Part shown: positions 39,894-49,872 of the stretch, in pieces
Layout: every line of letters starts with the position of its first letter
Numbering within the stretch: position 1 is the first letter of the stretch
From: an uncultured Eubacteriales bacterium
GTDB lineage: Bacteria; Bacillota; Sulfobacillia; Fermentithermobacillales; Fermentithermobacillaceae
Direction of reading: 5' to 3'
Assembly: GCA_964646385.1 (NCBI GenBank)
Contig: CAZYEC010000004.1
Coordinates: 7,056 to 69,134 of the forward strand
Length of the DNA: 62,079 nucleotides
The notes under the pieces: model-generated
Told to the model about the DNA's origin: nothing
Seen by the model: the letters and a program-made list of their open reading frames with translations, nothing else
Database searches by the model: none
Position numbers and translations under genes: made by a program

Positions 39894-40508
39894 ATGTCTT
39901 TGCTTCCCAAATCCGTACAAGGGCTCATCGACGAGCTCAAAAGGTTGCCCGGGATAGGACCCAAGTCGGCACAACGTTTGGCTTTCCACCTTGTTGTGTC
40001 TGGCAAACACCGGATGAGCCAGCTTATTGCCTCCTTGGAAGAGGCAAGGGACAAAACCGGGTATTGTTCTGTTTGCGGGAATCTCACCGACACAGATCCG
40101 TGCCCTTTGTGCGGTGATCCCAAGCGCGACAGGTCTCTTTTGTGTGTGGTGGGATATCCCAAAGACGTGCTGGCAATTGAGCGGGCCGGCGGTTACAGGG
40201 GGTTGTATCATGTTCTCCACGGGTACATAGAACCCTTAAAGGGAATCGGCCCTGAAGATTTGAGGGTTAAGGATCTGATGGCTCGTCTGGAGCCCGAAAA
40301 AAAGGCTCGGGAGATAACAGAAGTGGTTCTTGCCACTAACCCAGACGTTGATGGGGAGACCACTGCACTGTATTTGGCCCGGCAGATAAAACCTCTCGGC
40401 GTCAAAGTCACTCGGCTGGCACGAGGGCTCCCCTTTGGGGCAGATCTGGATTACGCCGATGAGGTTACTCTGGCAAGATCCTTGGAAGCCCGAAGGGAGA
40501 TGCAATAG
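39894..40508 (+). CDS. recR: Recombination mediator RecR
   Basis: LPGIGPKSAQRLA, CSVC...CPLC, YHVLHG, ATNPDVDGE, RLARGLP. Confidence 0.97.
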   Translation: MSLLPKSVQGLIDELKRLPGIGPKSAQRLAFHLVVSGKHRMSQLIASLEEARDKTGYCSVCGNLTDTDPCPLCGDPKRDRSLLCVVGYPKDVLAIERAGGYRGLYHVLHGYIEPLKGIGPEDLRVKDLMARLEPEKKAREITEVVLATNPDVDGETTALYLARQIKPLGVKVTRLARGLPFGADLDYADEVTLARSLEARREMQ

Positions 40509-40531
40509 GCTCCTCCGGTCATCGAGCGCCC

Positions 40532-40560
40532 TCATAAAATTCGGCTTTTTTGCATAGGTT
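40532..40560 (+). promoter_or_regulatory. sigmaE-type (mother-cell) promoter upstream of yaaL
   Basis: TCATA-N16-CATAGGTT, matching ATa-N16-cATAcanT. Confidence 0.5.
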
Positions 40561-40636
40561 TTCCACCAAGTAGCCACACTAGCGATAGGAGCATATCATT
40601 TACCGTATCCATTGCAGAATTGGGGGTGACCGTGCG

Positions 40637-40879
40637 TTGCGTTCATTGGCGTCCAGGAGCCAGGCCACGGAAGAAAATCTCTGCTTAAAAGCGTTGTTGC
40701 AGGCGCAAAAAGAATACGAAGTTGCGCTTTCTTATTTTGACGAAAGCACAGAACCAGAAGCTATTGACGAGGCCATATTCCGGATGCAAGCGGCACGCAA
40801 AAAATACTCACTTTTCTTGCGCAAGTATAAGAAGAAGACTGGGCAAGCATCCACTTTGACGGGCGACTGCGTTTCGTAA
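40637..40879 (+). CDS. yaaL: YaaL/DUF2508 family protein
   Basis: AQKEYEVALSYFDESTEPEAIDEAIFRMQAARKKY. Confidence 0.85.
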   Translation: MRSLASRSQATEENLCLKALLQAQKEYEVALSYFDESTEPEAIDEAIFRMQAARKKYSLFLRKYKKKTGQASTLTGDCVS

Positions 40880-40906
40880 TATCCCCACCGGTTCACACAT
40901 AGCAAT
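40877..40906 (+). promoter_or_regulatory. sigmaE-type promoter upstream of bofA
   Basis: TAATA-N16-CATAGCAAT. Confidence 0.45.
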
Positions 40907-40922
40907 TCCAAGGGGGATAATC

Positions 40923-41183
40923 TTGGGATTTAATGTCATATTAGGAATAGCCGTCTCTATCGTGGTCGTCTTTTATCTGGTAAAAGCGTTGTCCAAACCC
41001 TTTCGGAGTCTTGGAAAAGTGGCGGCGCGTTCAGCAGTGGCTTTCTTTGCCATCTGGGCAATCAACGTTTTAGGTGGCTTTGTGGGGTTTCATCTTGGAC
41101 TGAACCTCTATTCGGTGCTGTCGGTAGGATTGCTTGGGTTGCCCGGAGCGGCCCTCTTGGTTGCCGTAAAGTTCCTTCTGTGA
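40923..41183 (+). CDS. bofA: Pro-sigmaK processing inhibitor BofA
   Basis: INVLGGFVGFHLGLN.YSV..VGLLGLPG; synteny recR-yaaL-bofA. Confidence 0.9.
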   Translation: MGFNVILGIAVSIVVVFYLVKALSKPFRSLGKVAARSAVAFFAIWAINVLGGFVGFHLGLNLYSVLSVGLLGLPGAALLVAVKFLL

Positions 41184-41217
41184 GCGCCGGCCCCGAAGGC
41201 TCTCGAACCACCCAGGT

Positions 41218-42219
41218 CTAACGCAGGTAATCCTTAGGATTCTTGGACAGGCCATACAACCTGATTTCAAAATGACAATGAGGGCCTGTTGCATTCCCCG
41301 ATTGGCCTACGTATCCGATTATCTCCCCTGCCGCGATTTGTTGGTCTGAACTTACCGCATACCCCGACAGGTGTCCATACCTAGTCTCAACACCGTTTCC
41401 GTGGCTGATGACAACGAGCCTTCCGTAGTTGCCAGCCCAGCCAACGTAGGTGACCTTTCCCTGGGAAGCGGCTTTGATTCCCGTTCCCATGGGTGCTGCG
41501 ATGTCGATACCCTCGTGGAATGTCCGTTTCCCCGATATGGGGTGAATTCTCCAACCATAACCGCTGGTGACTGTTCCTTCAACAGGCCAGGAAAAAGATT
41601 CGGACCTGGAAGCGGTCGCCACTTGCAGAGGAGACAAAGGTTTCCCGCCAGGAAGAAACAAGAGCTGTCCCGCCGCCAAATGGTCGGAGGTCTTCAGCCC
41701 GTTAAGGGCCATTATGTCGTTAACTGAAATCCCGTAACGCCGGGAAATGCCTTCCAAGGTGTCGCCCTTTGCCACTCGCACGATGGTCCCAGAGGAGTTT
41801 TCCAAAACCAAGAGGGATGCTCCTACAGATATGGTGTCGGGAGACGTTAGGTTGTTAATAGCGGCGATTGATTCGGTACTGGTATCGAACCTGCGGGCGA
41901 TGGAACTTAGCGTATCGCCCTTTTTCACTGTATAAGTCGTCAGACTCACCCGGGGGTTGGCGCCGTCGTGTAAATCCCACAGGTCGCCGGTTTCCCCGGC
42001 GCCCACAGGGTCCCCTTCGAGAAAGCAAGTGATGAGAGGGGTCTCCCATTCGGGTGGCGGGCATCTATTGGCGGGAGCGCTCAAAACCGGGAAAAATCCG
42101 GCGGCCATGCCTGTAAAAAACAGCGCTATGAGCAGCAACCGAAGCCAGGGCCTGTCACGGTCTTCTTGAAAACCATTCTTCTTTCCAAGCGAGACGACTC
42201 TCAAGGTTTTTATTCGCAC
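41218..42219 (-). CDS. LysM-LysM-M23 peptidoglycan endopeptidase
   Basis: TM helix, YTVKKGDTLSSIA, VRVAKGDTLEGIS, HEGID, YGHL, TGPHCHFE. Confidence 0.92.
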   Translation of the reverse strand: MRIKTLRVVSLGKKNGFQEDRDRPWLRLLLIALFFTGMAAGFFPVLSAPANRCPPPEWETPLITCFLEGDPVGAGETGDLWDLHDGANPRVSLTTYTVKKGDTLSSIARRFDTSTESIAAINNLTSPDTISVGASLLVLENSSGTIVRVAKGDTLEGISRRYGISVNDIMALNGLKTSDHLAAGQLLFLPGGKPLSPLQVATASRSESFSWPVEGTVTSGYGWRIHPISGKRTFHEGIDIAAPMGTGIKAASQGKVTYVGWAGNYGRLVVISHGNGVETRYGHLSGYAVSSDQQIAAGEIIGYVGQSGNATGPHCHFEIRLYGLSKNPKDYLR

Positions 42220-42439
42220 TCTCGGCTATTCTCTCCCTTAAATGATAATACTTGTCACAATGCCCGAATTATACATGTCGGGTGTGTACAAAGGATGTGC
42301 CGGACCAGACAACGAGCCGGAAAACGGAACTCTAGAAGGAAATCTTCGCAGCAGGATAGAATAGCATGGTTTGATTCCTGTACTTTGTTATGTCTACTCA
42401 GATTGCACGAAGGGTCTGAGTTAAATCTTACTGGAACGG

Positions 42440-43942
42440 GTGGCTTTACCGATGATGGACAGACGGCGAGAGAGGCAAAGAAGGGTGATGAGGGACAGGC
42501 TTAACCCAACAGGTGGTGCGGAAGGCGGTCCTGTGGACGCGGGAGAAGAAATGCCGCCGCCCCGGGTAATTCGTCCCGGTTTTTGGACTCGTCCCAGGTC
42601 GTTTTACGGCTTGGGATTGCTGGTCATAGCGGCCGTGGCTGTGACCGCCATATTGGTGGCAACTGCTTCCGGCGGAGCAGGCGCCAAAAGCATCTACTTG
42701 GTCAAGGTTGGAGATGCGGTGCTTGGCTGCATTACCGAAAAGGACATAACGGAAGAAGTCCTTCACGGCATTTTGGAAGAAGAGGCCACGCGCATAGGCT
42801 GCGAGGTATTTGCAAGGACCGACATCGAACACGAAAAGACCAAACCGTCGGGAGAAACACAAACTTTAACCCCCGAAGAATTGTGCGACACGCTTAGAGA
42901 CAACATTGTCCTTGCTGCAAAAGGCTTTGTCATTAATGTTAACGGTGCAGACGTAGTGGCCCTGTCTTCGGAGGAAGACGCGAGAGGCGTCATCTCCGAC
43001 CTTAGAGCCGAATACATACGTACGGTCATCGGTACCACTGCTTCTGTAGATGAAGTGCTCATCAAAGAACAGGTTGACTTCCAGGAGAAAGAGGTAGCCA
43101 CAACGTTGTTCAGGACCCGCGAGGAAGCGGCGCGGGTTCTTTCCCGTGGAACCGACAAAACTTTGAATTATGTAGTAAAGCGCGGAGATTCCCTGTGGGC
43201 CATAGCCGAAACTAATCATCTCACAGTGGATGACCTTAAAAAGGCCAATCCCGAGGTACAAAGCGATTTGATTCAAATAGGGCAAAATCTGAACCTTGTG
43301 GTCCCCGATCCCTACGTTACCCTTACCTCCAAAGAGACTGTGGTGACCACCGTTTCCATTCCCTTTTCCATCGAAGTGACAAATGATCCAAACATGTGGC
43401 CGTGGCAAGAAACCGTTACCCAAGCAGGGAAAAGTGGACAAAAACGGATTACCCAGGTGGTCAGAAGAGATGAAGGAAAAGAAGTATCCCGGGTTACAGT
43501 TTCCGAGGAAATCCTGTCCCACCCTGTTACGAAGAAACTCACAAGGGGTTCAAAGCAGGTTCCTACGATGGGTTCAGGCCAGCTGGTCTGGCCCGTCCAG
43601 GGGACCATCACTTCGTATTTTGGATACCGCTGGGGTTCTTTCCACCAAGGCGTAGATATTGGGGCGCCGTCGGGCACGGAAATTCTGGCGGCCGACTCGG
43701 GAATGGTAAGTTTGGCCTGTTGGAACGGAGGATACGGAAACTGCGTCAAGATCGATCACGGAGGGGGCTTAGTGACCCTTTATGGGCATCTTAGCAAAAT
43801 AGGTGTAGAAGTCGGGGATTCCGTAACAAAAGGTGCCGTGATAGGATATGTGGGTTCGACGGGCGTATCCACCGGCCCCCATTTGCATTTCGAAATACAC
43901 GTGGACGGAAAGGCGAAAGATCCTTTGTCCTTTTACGAATAG
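42440..43942 (+). CDS. LysM-G5-M23 peptidoglycan endopeptidase
   Basis: TM helix, YVVKRGDSLWAIA, G5-like VTQAGKSGQK...PVTKKLTRG, HQGVD, YGHL, TGPHLHFE. Confidence 0.92.
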   Translation: MALPMMDRRRERQRRVMRDRLNPTGGAEGGPVDAGEEMPPPRVIRPGFWTRPRSFYGLGLLVIAAVAVTAILVATASGGAGAKSIYLVKVGDAVLGCITEKDITEEVLHGILEEEATRIGCEVFARTDIEHEKTKPSGETQTLTPEELCDTLRDNIVLAAKGFVINVNGADVVALSSEEDARGVISDLRAEYIRTVIGTTASVDEVLIKEQVDFQEKEVATTLFRTREEAARVLSRGTDKTLNYVVKRGDSLWAIAETNHLTVDDLKKANPEVQSDLIQIGQNLNLVVPDPYVTLTSKETVVTTVSIPFSIEVTNDPNMWPWQETVTQAGKSGQKRITQVVRRDEGKEVSRVTVSEEILSHPVTKKLTRGSKQVPTMGSGQLVWPVQGTITSYFGYRWGSFHQGVDIGAPSGTEILAADSGMVSLACWNGGYGNCVKIDHGGGLVTLYGHLSKIGVEVGDSVTKGAVIGYVGSTGVSTGPHLHFEIHVDGKAKDPLSFYE

Positions 43943-43976
43943 ATGCACGATAAACCCCACGAAGGGAACCGAACCG

Positions 43977-45230
43977 ATGTCCAAACTAGTTATCAACGGC
44001 AGAAGAAGACTTACCGGGGAAGTTACCGTAGGGGGCTCCAAGAACTCCTCCGTAGCGCTGATTCCCGCGGCGTTACTGGCGGATGAGCCCTGTAAAATCG
44101 ACAGTGTTCCTCTGATCCGTGATGTCAAAGTCTTCGCCCAGATACTATCGGACTTGGGTGCCGTCGTTTCCATGAACCGCAACTCGATGATAGTGCAGCC
44201 AAACGGTTTTTCCTCACACGTGGCCCCGTACGATCTGGTAAAGGAACTTAGGGCCTCCTATTATCTGATGGGAGTTTTGCTGGCCAAATTCGGTTGTGCC
44301 GAAGTGGGTTTGCCCGGGGGTTGCGCCATCGGACCAAGGCCCATCGATCAACACTTAAAAGGGTTCAGGGCGATGGGGGCGGATGCCTCTGTAGAAGGTG
44401 GGGTAGTAAAGATTAGGGCTCCCAGGTTGACCGGCGCCACCATATACCTGGATATACCCAGTGTAGGGGCCACCATCAATATCATGTTGGCGGCCTCAAT
44501 GGCGGAGGGTTTAACGGTCATCGAAAACGCTGCCAAAGAACCCCATGTGGTGGATTTGGCTAATTTTCTGAACGCCATGGGAGGGCGAGTTTTGGGAGCC
44601 GGCACTGATGTGGTGAGGGTGCGGGGGGTCAAAGAGATGAAAGGCGCCGACCATTCCGTGATTCCCGATGACATGGAAGCGGCCACTTACATGATGGCGG
44701 CTGTGGGCACGTCAGGCGATGTGATGGTCAAAAATGTTATTACGAAGCATCTGGAGCCCATTACGGCGAAACTTAGGGAATCAGGTGCGATCATCGAAGA
44801 GAACGGAGATTACGTTCACGTGGTCGGCCCCGAGCGGCCCCGCCCTATCAATGTGAGGACACTGCCTTATCCGGGTTTCCCCACCGACGCCCAGCAACCT
44901 TTAGTAGCGGTCCTTGCCCGAGCCACCGGTGTGAGCGTGGTCCAGGAGTCGATGTACGACAACCGTTTGGCGTATGTGGGTGAGCTGGTGAAGATGGGTG
45001 CTTCCATAAAAGTCCAGGGCCGTACGGCGATCGTGGAAGGCGCCAACAGGCTTGTGGGTAGCCCTGTCAGGACCTACGACCTTCGCGCCGGTGCCGCCTT
45101 GGTTATCGCCGGGTTGTCGGCCGAGGGTACCACTGTGGTCCATGGCATGGATATCATTTCCCGCGGGTATGAGACAATGGCCCCGAAATTGTCCGCTTTG
45201 GGCGCTGACGTGACAATAAGAGACGAATAA
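43977..45230 (+). CDS. murA: UDP-N-acetylglucosamine 1-carboxyvinyltransferase
   Basis: GSKNS, LRASYY, LPGGCAIGPRPIDQH, PYPGFPTDAQ, DLRAGAAL. Confidence 0.97.
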   Translation: MSKLVINGRRRLTGEVTVGGSKNSSVALIPAALLADEPCKIDSVPLIRDVKVFAQILSDLGAVVSMNRNSMIVQPNGFSSHVAPYDLVKELRASYYLMGVLLAKFGCAEVGLPGGCAIGPRPIDQHLKGFRAMGADASVEGGVVKIRAPRLTGATIYLDIPSVGATINIMLAASMAEGLTVIENAAKEPHVVDLANFLNAMGGRVLGAGTDVVRVRGVKEMKGADHSVIPDDMEAATYMMAAVGTSGDVMVKNVITKHLEPITAKLRESGAIIEENGDYVHVVGPERPRPINVRTLPYPGFPTDAQQPLVAVLARATGVSVVQESMYDNRLAYVGELVKMGASIKVQGRTAIVEGANRLVGSPVRTYDLRAGAALVIAGLSAEGTTVVHGMDIISRGYETMAPKLSALGADVTIRDE

Positions 45231-45406
45231 ATTTCGAAACCGCCGCCGGTTTGCTGCCCCAAAAGGCAAACCTGCCCCGCGACTTTAAGTCACCGGATTC
45301 TGGGCAAAGATACCTTATGGCAAACAGATCGTAAAACTAATGTGCAAGATTTTTTCCCGGCAGGGTTTTGGGAAAAACGCAAGACAGGTTGGGGAGGATA
45401 CTACCG

Positions 45407-46570
45407 ATGCAAGAATTTAATGGACCTCGTTTCAACGGGGGAATTCCTGGGAGAAAACGCTCGCCGTTTTGGGACTACTTGCTGGTTGGGGTAGTGGGGG
45501 CCGTAATCGGCGGCTTTTTAGTCGCGGGCATAGTCCCCCAAATCCTTGTCCACAAGGCGGAGCAGTTGGTTGCCGAAGCGGTAAATCTGAGCCTGGGAAC
45601 AAGCCAAAAGGGCCCCGTGCCCGTGTTGCAGGTGAGCGGGGATCCTTGGGATCTGGTGGCCCATGCTGCCGAAAAAGTCAGTCCCGCCGTGGTCGCAATA
45701 GTCAACAAATCGCCGTTCTCTGATTTTTTTGGCAGGCAGTTTCTTAGGGACACTTCCGGCTCAGGGCTGATCATGAGCCAAGACGGGTACGTGGTAACAA
45801 ACCATCATGTCATTGAAAACAGCCAAGGTCTGACCGTATTCTTGCCCGATGGCAGGGCTCTTCCGGCCAAAGTGGTGGGGTTCGACGAAGCTACAGATCT
45901 GGCCGTCATCAAAATCGAGGCTAGCGGCTTGTCTGCCGCCACGTTAGGGGATTCAGACGATCTTCGACCCGGAGAACTGGCCGTCGCCATTGGGAACCCC
46001 CTGGGTGTGGAGTTCAGCCGTACAGTGACGGCCGGCGTGGTATCGGGTTTGAACAGGGTGTTAAGCGATGGGGAGAACTCGATGCGCCTCATTCAGACTG
46101 ATGCGGTGATAAGCCCGGGAAACAGCGGTGGTCCCTTGGTAAACGCACGCGGAGAGGTAATCGGCCTGACTTCTGTCAAGATTGCCCAGGAAGCGGTTGA
46201 GGGCATGGGTTTTGCTATTCCATCCAACCAGGTAAAGCGGATTACAGGTGAGATCATCTCCACCGGACGCGTAAGGCGGGCTCAAGTCGGCGTCAGGCTT
46301 TTGGACAGAGAGACCGCGGAGCTGTACGCCACAGACATACAGATCGAAAAAGGACTTTACGTGTTTGAAGCCATAGCGGGGCTACCTGCCGCTAAAGCCG
46401 GGTTGCGGCAAGGCGATTTTATTTTGAAAGTGGATGGAACCACAACCGATGCTTTTGCCACGTTTCAGGCGATTCTGTCGGAGAAATCCCCCGGAGAGAC
46501 AGTCATCCTTACGGTGCTGCGGGGTAATCAAGAGATGGAGATATCCGTGATTCTGGGTGAGGCCTCTTAG
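45407..46570 (+). CDS. HtrA/DegP-family serine protease with one PDZ domain
   Basis: TM helix, TNHHV, TDLAV, GNSGGPL, PDZ domain. Confidence 0.95.
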   Translation: MQEFNGPRFNGGIPGRKRSPFWDYLLVGVVGAVIGGFLVAGIVPQILVHKAEQLVAEAVNLSLGTSQKGPVPVLQVSGDPWDLVAHAAEKVSPAVVAIVNKSPFSDFFGRQFLRDTSGSGLIMSQDGYVVTNHHVIENSQGLTVFLPDGRALPAKVVGFDEATDLAVIKIEASGLSAATLGDSDDLRPGELAVAIGNPLGVEFSRTVTAGVVSGLNRVLSDGENSMRLIQTDAVISPGNSGGPLVNARGEVIGLTSVKIAQEAVEGMGFAIPSNQVKRITGEIISTGRVRRAQVGVRLLDRETAELYATDIQIEKGLYVFEAIAGLPAAKAGLRQGDFILKVDGTTTDAFATFQAILSEKSPGETVILTVLRGNQEMEISVILGEAS

Positions 46571-46604
46571 CAACGGTGCCGCCAAACCCGTGTTTCGCCG
46601 GCGG

Positions 46605-48782
46605 TTAATGAGAAGCGGGAAACAGGCGCTTCAAAAGGTCGTAAAAATCTTGGTCAGGGGGATAACCCGGTTCCCAGAATTCTTTAGGTTCAGGGCTTGC
46701 CGGTGGAGTGAACTCTTGTGCTCTGATTGGGGGAACCGGGTCGACTTCCATCCCTTCCGGAGGGATTAGTGTTTCTGTGGCAAAAGGGCTTGCCGTGCCT
46801 GGCCCGGGCAGCGCGCGCCGCAAGAACACCTCGTAATAGGTGTTTGGGTCACCCGGCCATGCCAGAGTGCCTGTGTTTGCAGAAACCCGGGCCCACACTG
46901 CATCGGGCGGCACTTCCCAATCGGAAAAAGGAACGTTTTTGAGGGCGTCTGCCATAAAGTGAGCCCATATTGGTCCTGCCACTTGGGCGCCCGTTGCCCC
47001 CAAGGACTTTTCTCTGTCATCCCAGCCAACATAGACGGAGCAAGCCAGCTCCCTGGTGTACCCTACAAACCACGCATCCAGCTCTTCGTCCGTGGTTCCC
47101 GATTTTGCAGCCGCCGGCCGCCCCTCCAATATCTTGTCGAGCCCGCTTCCTGTGCCGCCGGGGGCCAAAACCGATCGCAAGACGCTGGTAAGAACGTAAG
47201 AGGTACCCGGGGACAAGACGGCCGTCTTCTTCGTCAAGTTATCTTCCAGCACCTGGCCTTTGCGATCCACGAGTTTAAGGACTGCCAAAGGCTCGGGACG
47301 AATTCCCCCGGACGAAAGAGTTGCGGCCGCCACTGCCATCTCCATGGGGGCCACTTCCGAGGCCCCTAATGCCAAAGGGATGTTGGATTGCAGTGGGCTC
47401 TGGATTCCAAGTTTTTGCGCGTACTCGATGATGCGGTCGGGGGTAATTTCCTGGGCCCACCGGGCTGCCACCACATTGTCCGAAATAGCCACTGCCTGTC
47501 TCACTGTAAGGGGCGCATAGTGGTAGTTCCTCTTGCCGTAGTCCACCGGCCGGTACGTTTCGCCTTGGGATGCCCCCGGGAATACCACCGGTTCGCAAAC
47601 GCGGGTTTCGGTTACAGGATGGCCCAAATCGATGACGGCGGCGTACAAGAATATCTTGAAAGCCGACCCGGGTTGTCTTTTCGCTTGAAAAGCCCTGTTG
47701 AGCTGGCTCTCCCCCCAATCCCTGCCGCCTATCATGGCTTTTATGTACCCCGTTTCGGGATCGATAGCTACCAGGGCTCCTTGAGGTTGAGTGATGCCTT
47801 TCGAATCCGGGACTCCACTGGGAATGTACCGGCGAAACGCGGCCTCGGCAGCCCTTTGTGTATCCAGATCCAAAGAAGTGTAGATTTCGTACCCACCCCT
47901 GTACACCTCGGCCCCGATCTCGGGGTGCCGTAGCCTGATTTGGGAAATGGCATAGTTTACGAAATATGGGGCGGAATTTTGGGGCAAACCGGGGAAAACC
48001 AGATCTTCCGCTCTGGCGGAAGCAGCCCCGGTTGCATCTATGAAACCCTGCTCCACCATCTGGTCCAGGACCAAATCCCGTCTTCTGAAACCGGCCTCTT
48101 TGTCGTTGTAAGGCGAGTAAAACTCGGGCCCCTTGATGATTCCGGCCAAAAGAGCCGACTCCCCCAAACTCAAGTTTTTGACGCTCTTACCAAAATAGGT
48201 TTTTGCCGCCACTTCCATGCCCCACGTCCCGTGTCCCATGTAAAGCTGGTTCAAGTACATGGTGAGTATCTCGTCCTTGGTGTAACGCATTTCCAGCTTC
48301 AAAGTGTACACCATCTCCATAAATTTCCTTTGAGGTGTTACTTCCAGGGTCAAGAACAGGTTTCGGGCAGCCTGCTGAGTGATGGTGCTTCCACCTTCCA
48401 CGATTCTTCTCGCTTTCAAGTTTCTAACCAAAGCCCTTCCAATGGCAGTGAAGTCCAATCCGTGATGGTGGAAAAACCGCTTATCCTCCACAGCTACAAC
48501 TGCTTGTTTCAAGACCGGGGATATTTGAGAAGAACTGACCACCACTCGGTTTTGCTCAAACAAGGAAGATATCAGTCTGCCTTTGATGTCGTACACCCGC
48601 GTGGCCTGGGGAACTTTTGCCTCGGGCAGAGGGAGAAACAGCACCAAGGCCAAAAACACAACAGCTAAGGACAGCCCCGCAAGGACCGTTCCTTTGAAGA
48701 GGAGCAGACCCCAACGCTTGGCCCGGTGCGTTCCGTCCTTTTGTTTGCGGTAGACTTTGGTGTGCCCTTTGTCTTGGGCCAA
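46605..48782 (-). CDS. Class A penicillin-binding protein (transglycosylase/transpeptidase)
   Basis: AVEDKRFFHH, GGSTITQQ, RQPGSAFK (SxxK), SDN, KSGT; TTG start after AGGGG. Confidence 0.95.
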   Translation of the reverse strand: MAQDKGHTKVYRKQKDGTHRAKRWGLLLFKGTVLAGLSLAVVFLALVLFLPLPEAKVPQATRVYDIKGRLISSLFEQNRVVVSSSQISPVLKQAVVAVEDKRFFHHHGLDFTAIGRALVRNLKARRIVEGGSTITQQAARNLFLTLEVTPQRKFMEMVYTLKLEMRYTKDEILTMYLNQLYMGHGTWGMEVAAKTYFGKSVKNLSLGESALLAGIIKGPEFYSPYNDKEAGFRRRDLVLDQMVEQGFIDATGAASARAEDLVFPGLPQNSAPYFVNYAISQIRLRHPEIGAEVYRGGYEIYTSLDLDTQRAAEAAFRRYIPSGVPDSKGITQPQGALVAIDPETGYIKAMIGGRDWGESQLNRAFQAKRQPGSAFKIFLYAAVIDLGHPVTETRVCEPVVFPGASQGETYRPVDYGKRNYHYAPLTVRQAVAISDNVVAARWAQEITPDRIIEYAQKLGIQSPLQSNIPLALGASEVAPMEMAVAAATLSSGGIRPEPLAVLKLVDRKGQVLEDNLTKKTAVLSPGTSYVLTSVLRSVLAPGGTGSGLDKILEGRPAAAKSGTTDEELDAWFVGYTRELACSVYVGWDDREKSLGATGAQVAGPIWAHFMADALKNVPFSDWEVPPDAVWARVSANTGTLAWPGDPNTYYEVFLRRALPGPGTASPFATETLIPPEGMEVDPVPPIRAQEFTPPASPEPKEFWEPGYPPDQDFYDLLKRLFPASH

Positions 48783-48991
48783 CGTTCCGCCCCTTTCGCC
48801 CCGGCGCTCCGGGTGATCATCACCTTGTGCTAATGTTTTGTCCAATACCCATATCTGATATAATGCCTTCGATATTGGCCCGGTTGGTTTGAATTGAGTA
48901 AAGTGTCCCCGGGGCGGAAGCCTTACCGGGGTTTGGTGCGTGTTGTCAGGTGTTTTGCACCGGCATTGGAAAGGCATGGGAGGCGAGACCT

Positions 48992-49828
48992 TTGGAACTA
49001 TGGTTCACAGAAGAATGGCTAGAGGGCATGAGGGTGTCCCTCAAGGTGAAAAAAGTGGTGTTTTCCGCAAAGACCAAGTATCAGAATTTAGCTATCTACG
49101 ACACGGTTCAGTTCGGCAGGACTCTGGTCCTGGACAACATAATCCAAACATCGGAAAAAGACGAGTACATATATCACGAGTCTTTGGTCCACGTGCCTAT
49201 GTTTGCCCACCCAAACCCAGAGAGAGTGCTTATCGTAGGCGGTGGGGACGGAGGGTCTCTGAGAGAAGTGTTGCGCCACCCCACAGTAAAAGAAGCCACT
49301 CTGGTCGACATTGACGGAGAAGTAATTGATGCCGCCCAAAAATACTTGCCTGCCTGGAGCGTGGGATTTTCGGACCCCAGGACAAAGGTAATAGTGGGCG
49401 ACGGGCTGAAACACGTGGCGGAGGCGAAGGAGAAATACGACGTGGTTATCGTGGATGCTACCGACCCGATTGGCCCCGGAGTGGTGCTGTTCACTTTCGA
49501 ATTTTATGAGTCGGTGAAAAAGGCCTTGCGGCCCGGCGGCCTTATGTCGGCACAGACCGAAGCTCCAATCGTAGAACCGGACTTGGTCAGGAGCATCCTG
49601 GACAACGTCAGAAAGGTGTTTCCGGAAACCCGGCTTTATACATCCCCTATGCCCAGCTACCCCGGAGGATGGTGGAGTTACGCTTGCGGTTCGATGGGGC
49701 CGGACCCTGCGGTCCCCCTCAGGGAACCCGGGCATGATTGGGGCCTCAGGCACTACACCTCCGAAATCCACAGAGGAGCGTTTGCCTTGGGCCCGAAGGT
49801 TAAAACAGATTTGGGCATTTCCACGTGA
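48992..49828 (+). CDS. speE: Polyamine aminopropyltransferase (spermidine synthase)
   Basis: LWFTE, YHESLVH, VLIVGGGDGG.LRE, YDVVIVDATDP, YPGGWW; TTG start after GGAGG. Confidence 0.96.
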   Translation: MELWFTEEWLEGMRVSLKVKKVVFSAKTKYQNLAIYDTVQFGRTLVLDNIIQTSEKDEYIYHESLVHVPMFAHPNPERVLIVGGGDGGSLREVLRHPTVKEATLVDIDGEVIDAAQKYLPAWSVGFSDPRTKVIVGDGLKHVAEAKEKYDVVIVDATDPIGPGVVLFTFEFYESVKKALRPGGLMSAQTEAPIVEPDLVRSILDNVRKVFPETRLYTSPMPSYPGGWWSYACGSMGPDPAVPLREPGHDWGLRHYTSEIHRGAFALGPKVKTDLGIST

Positions 49829-49832
49829 AACC
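49817..49832. promoter_or_regulatory. Degenerate parS-like site
   Basis: ATTTCCACGTGAAACC, 13/16 match to TGTTNCACGTGAAACA; overlaps the speE stop. Confidence 0.45.
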
Positions 49833-49872
49833 TCACGGAAGTCGCGCAGACAGAGGCAGCGTTTGAAAGGAG

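Noticed and set aside
42220-42440. Possible c-di-AMP (ydaO) riboswitch upstream of LysM/M23 genes
   Set aside because: None of the conserved GCTGAA, GGGGA-CC or GGGTGAA blocks is present
49829-49872. T-box leader for argS
   Set aside because: The intergenic region is only about 45 nt and has no T-box sequence
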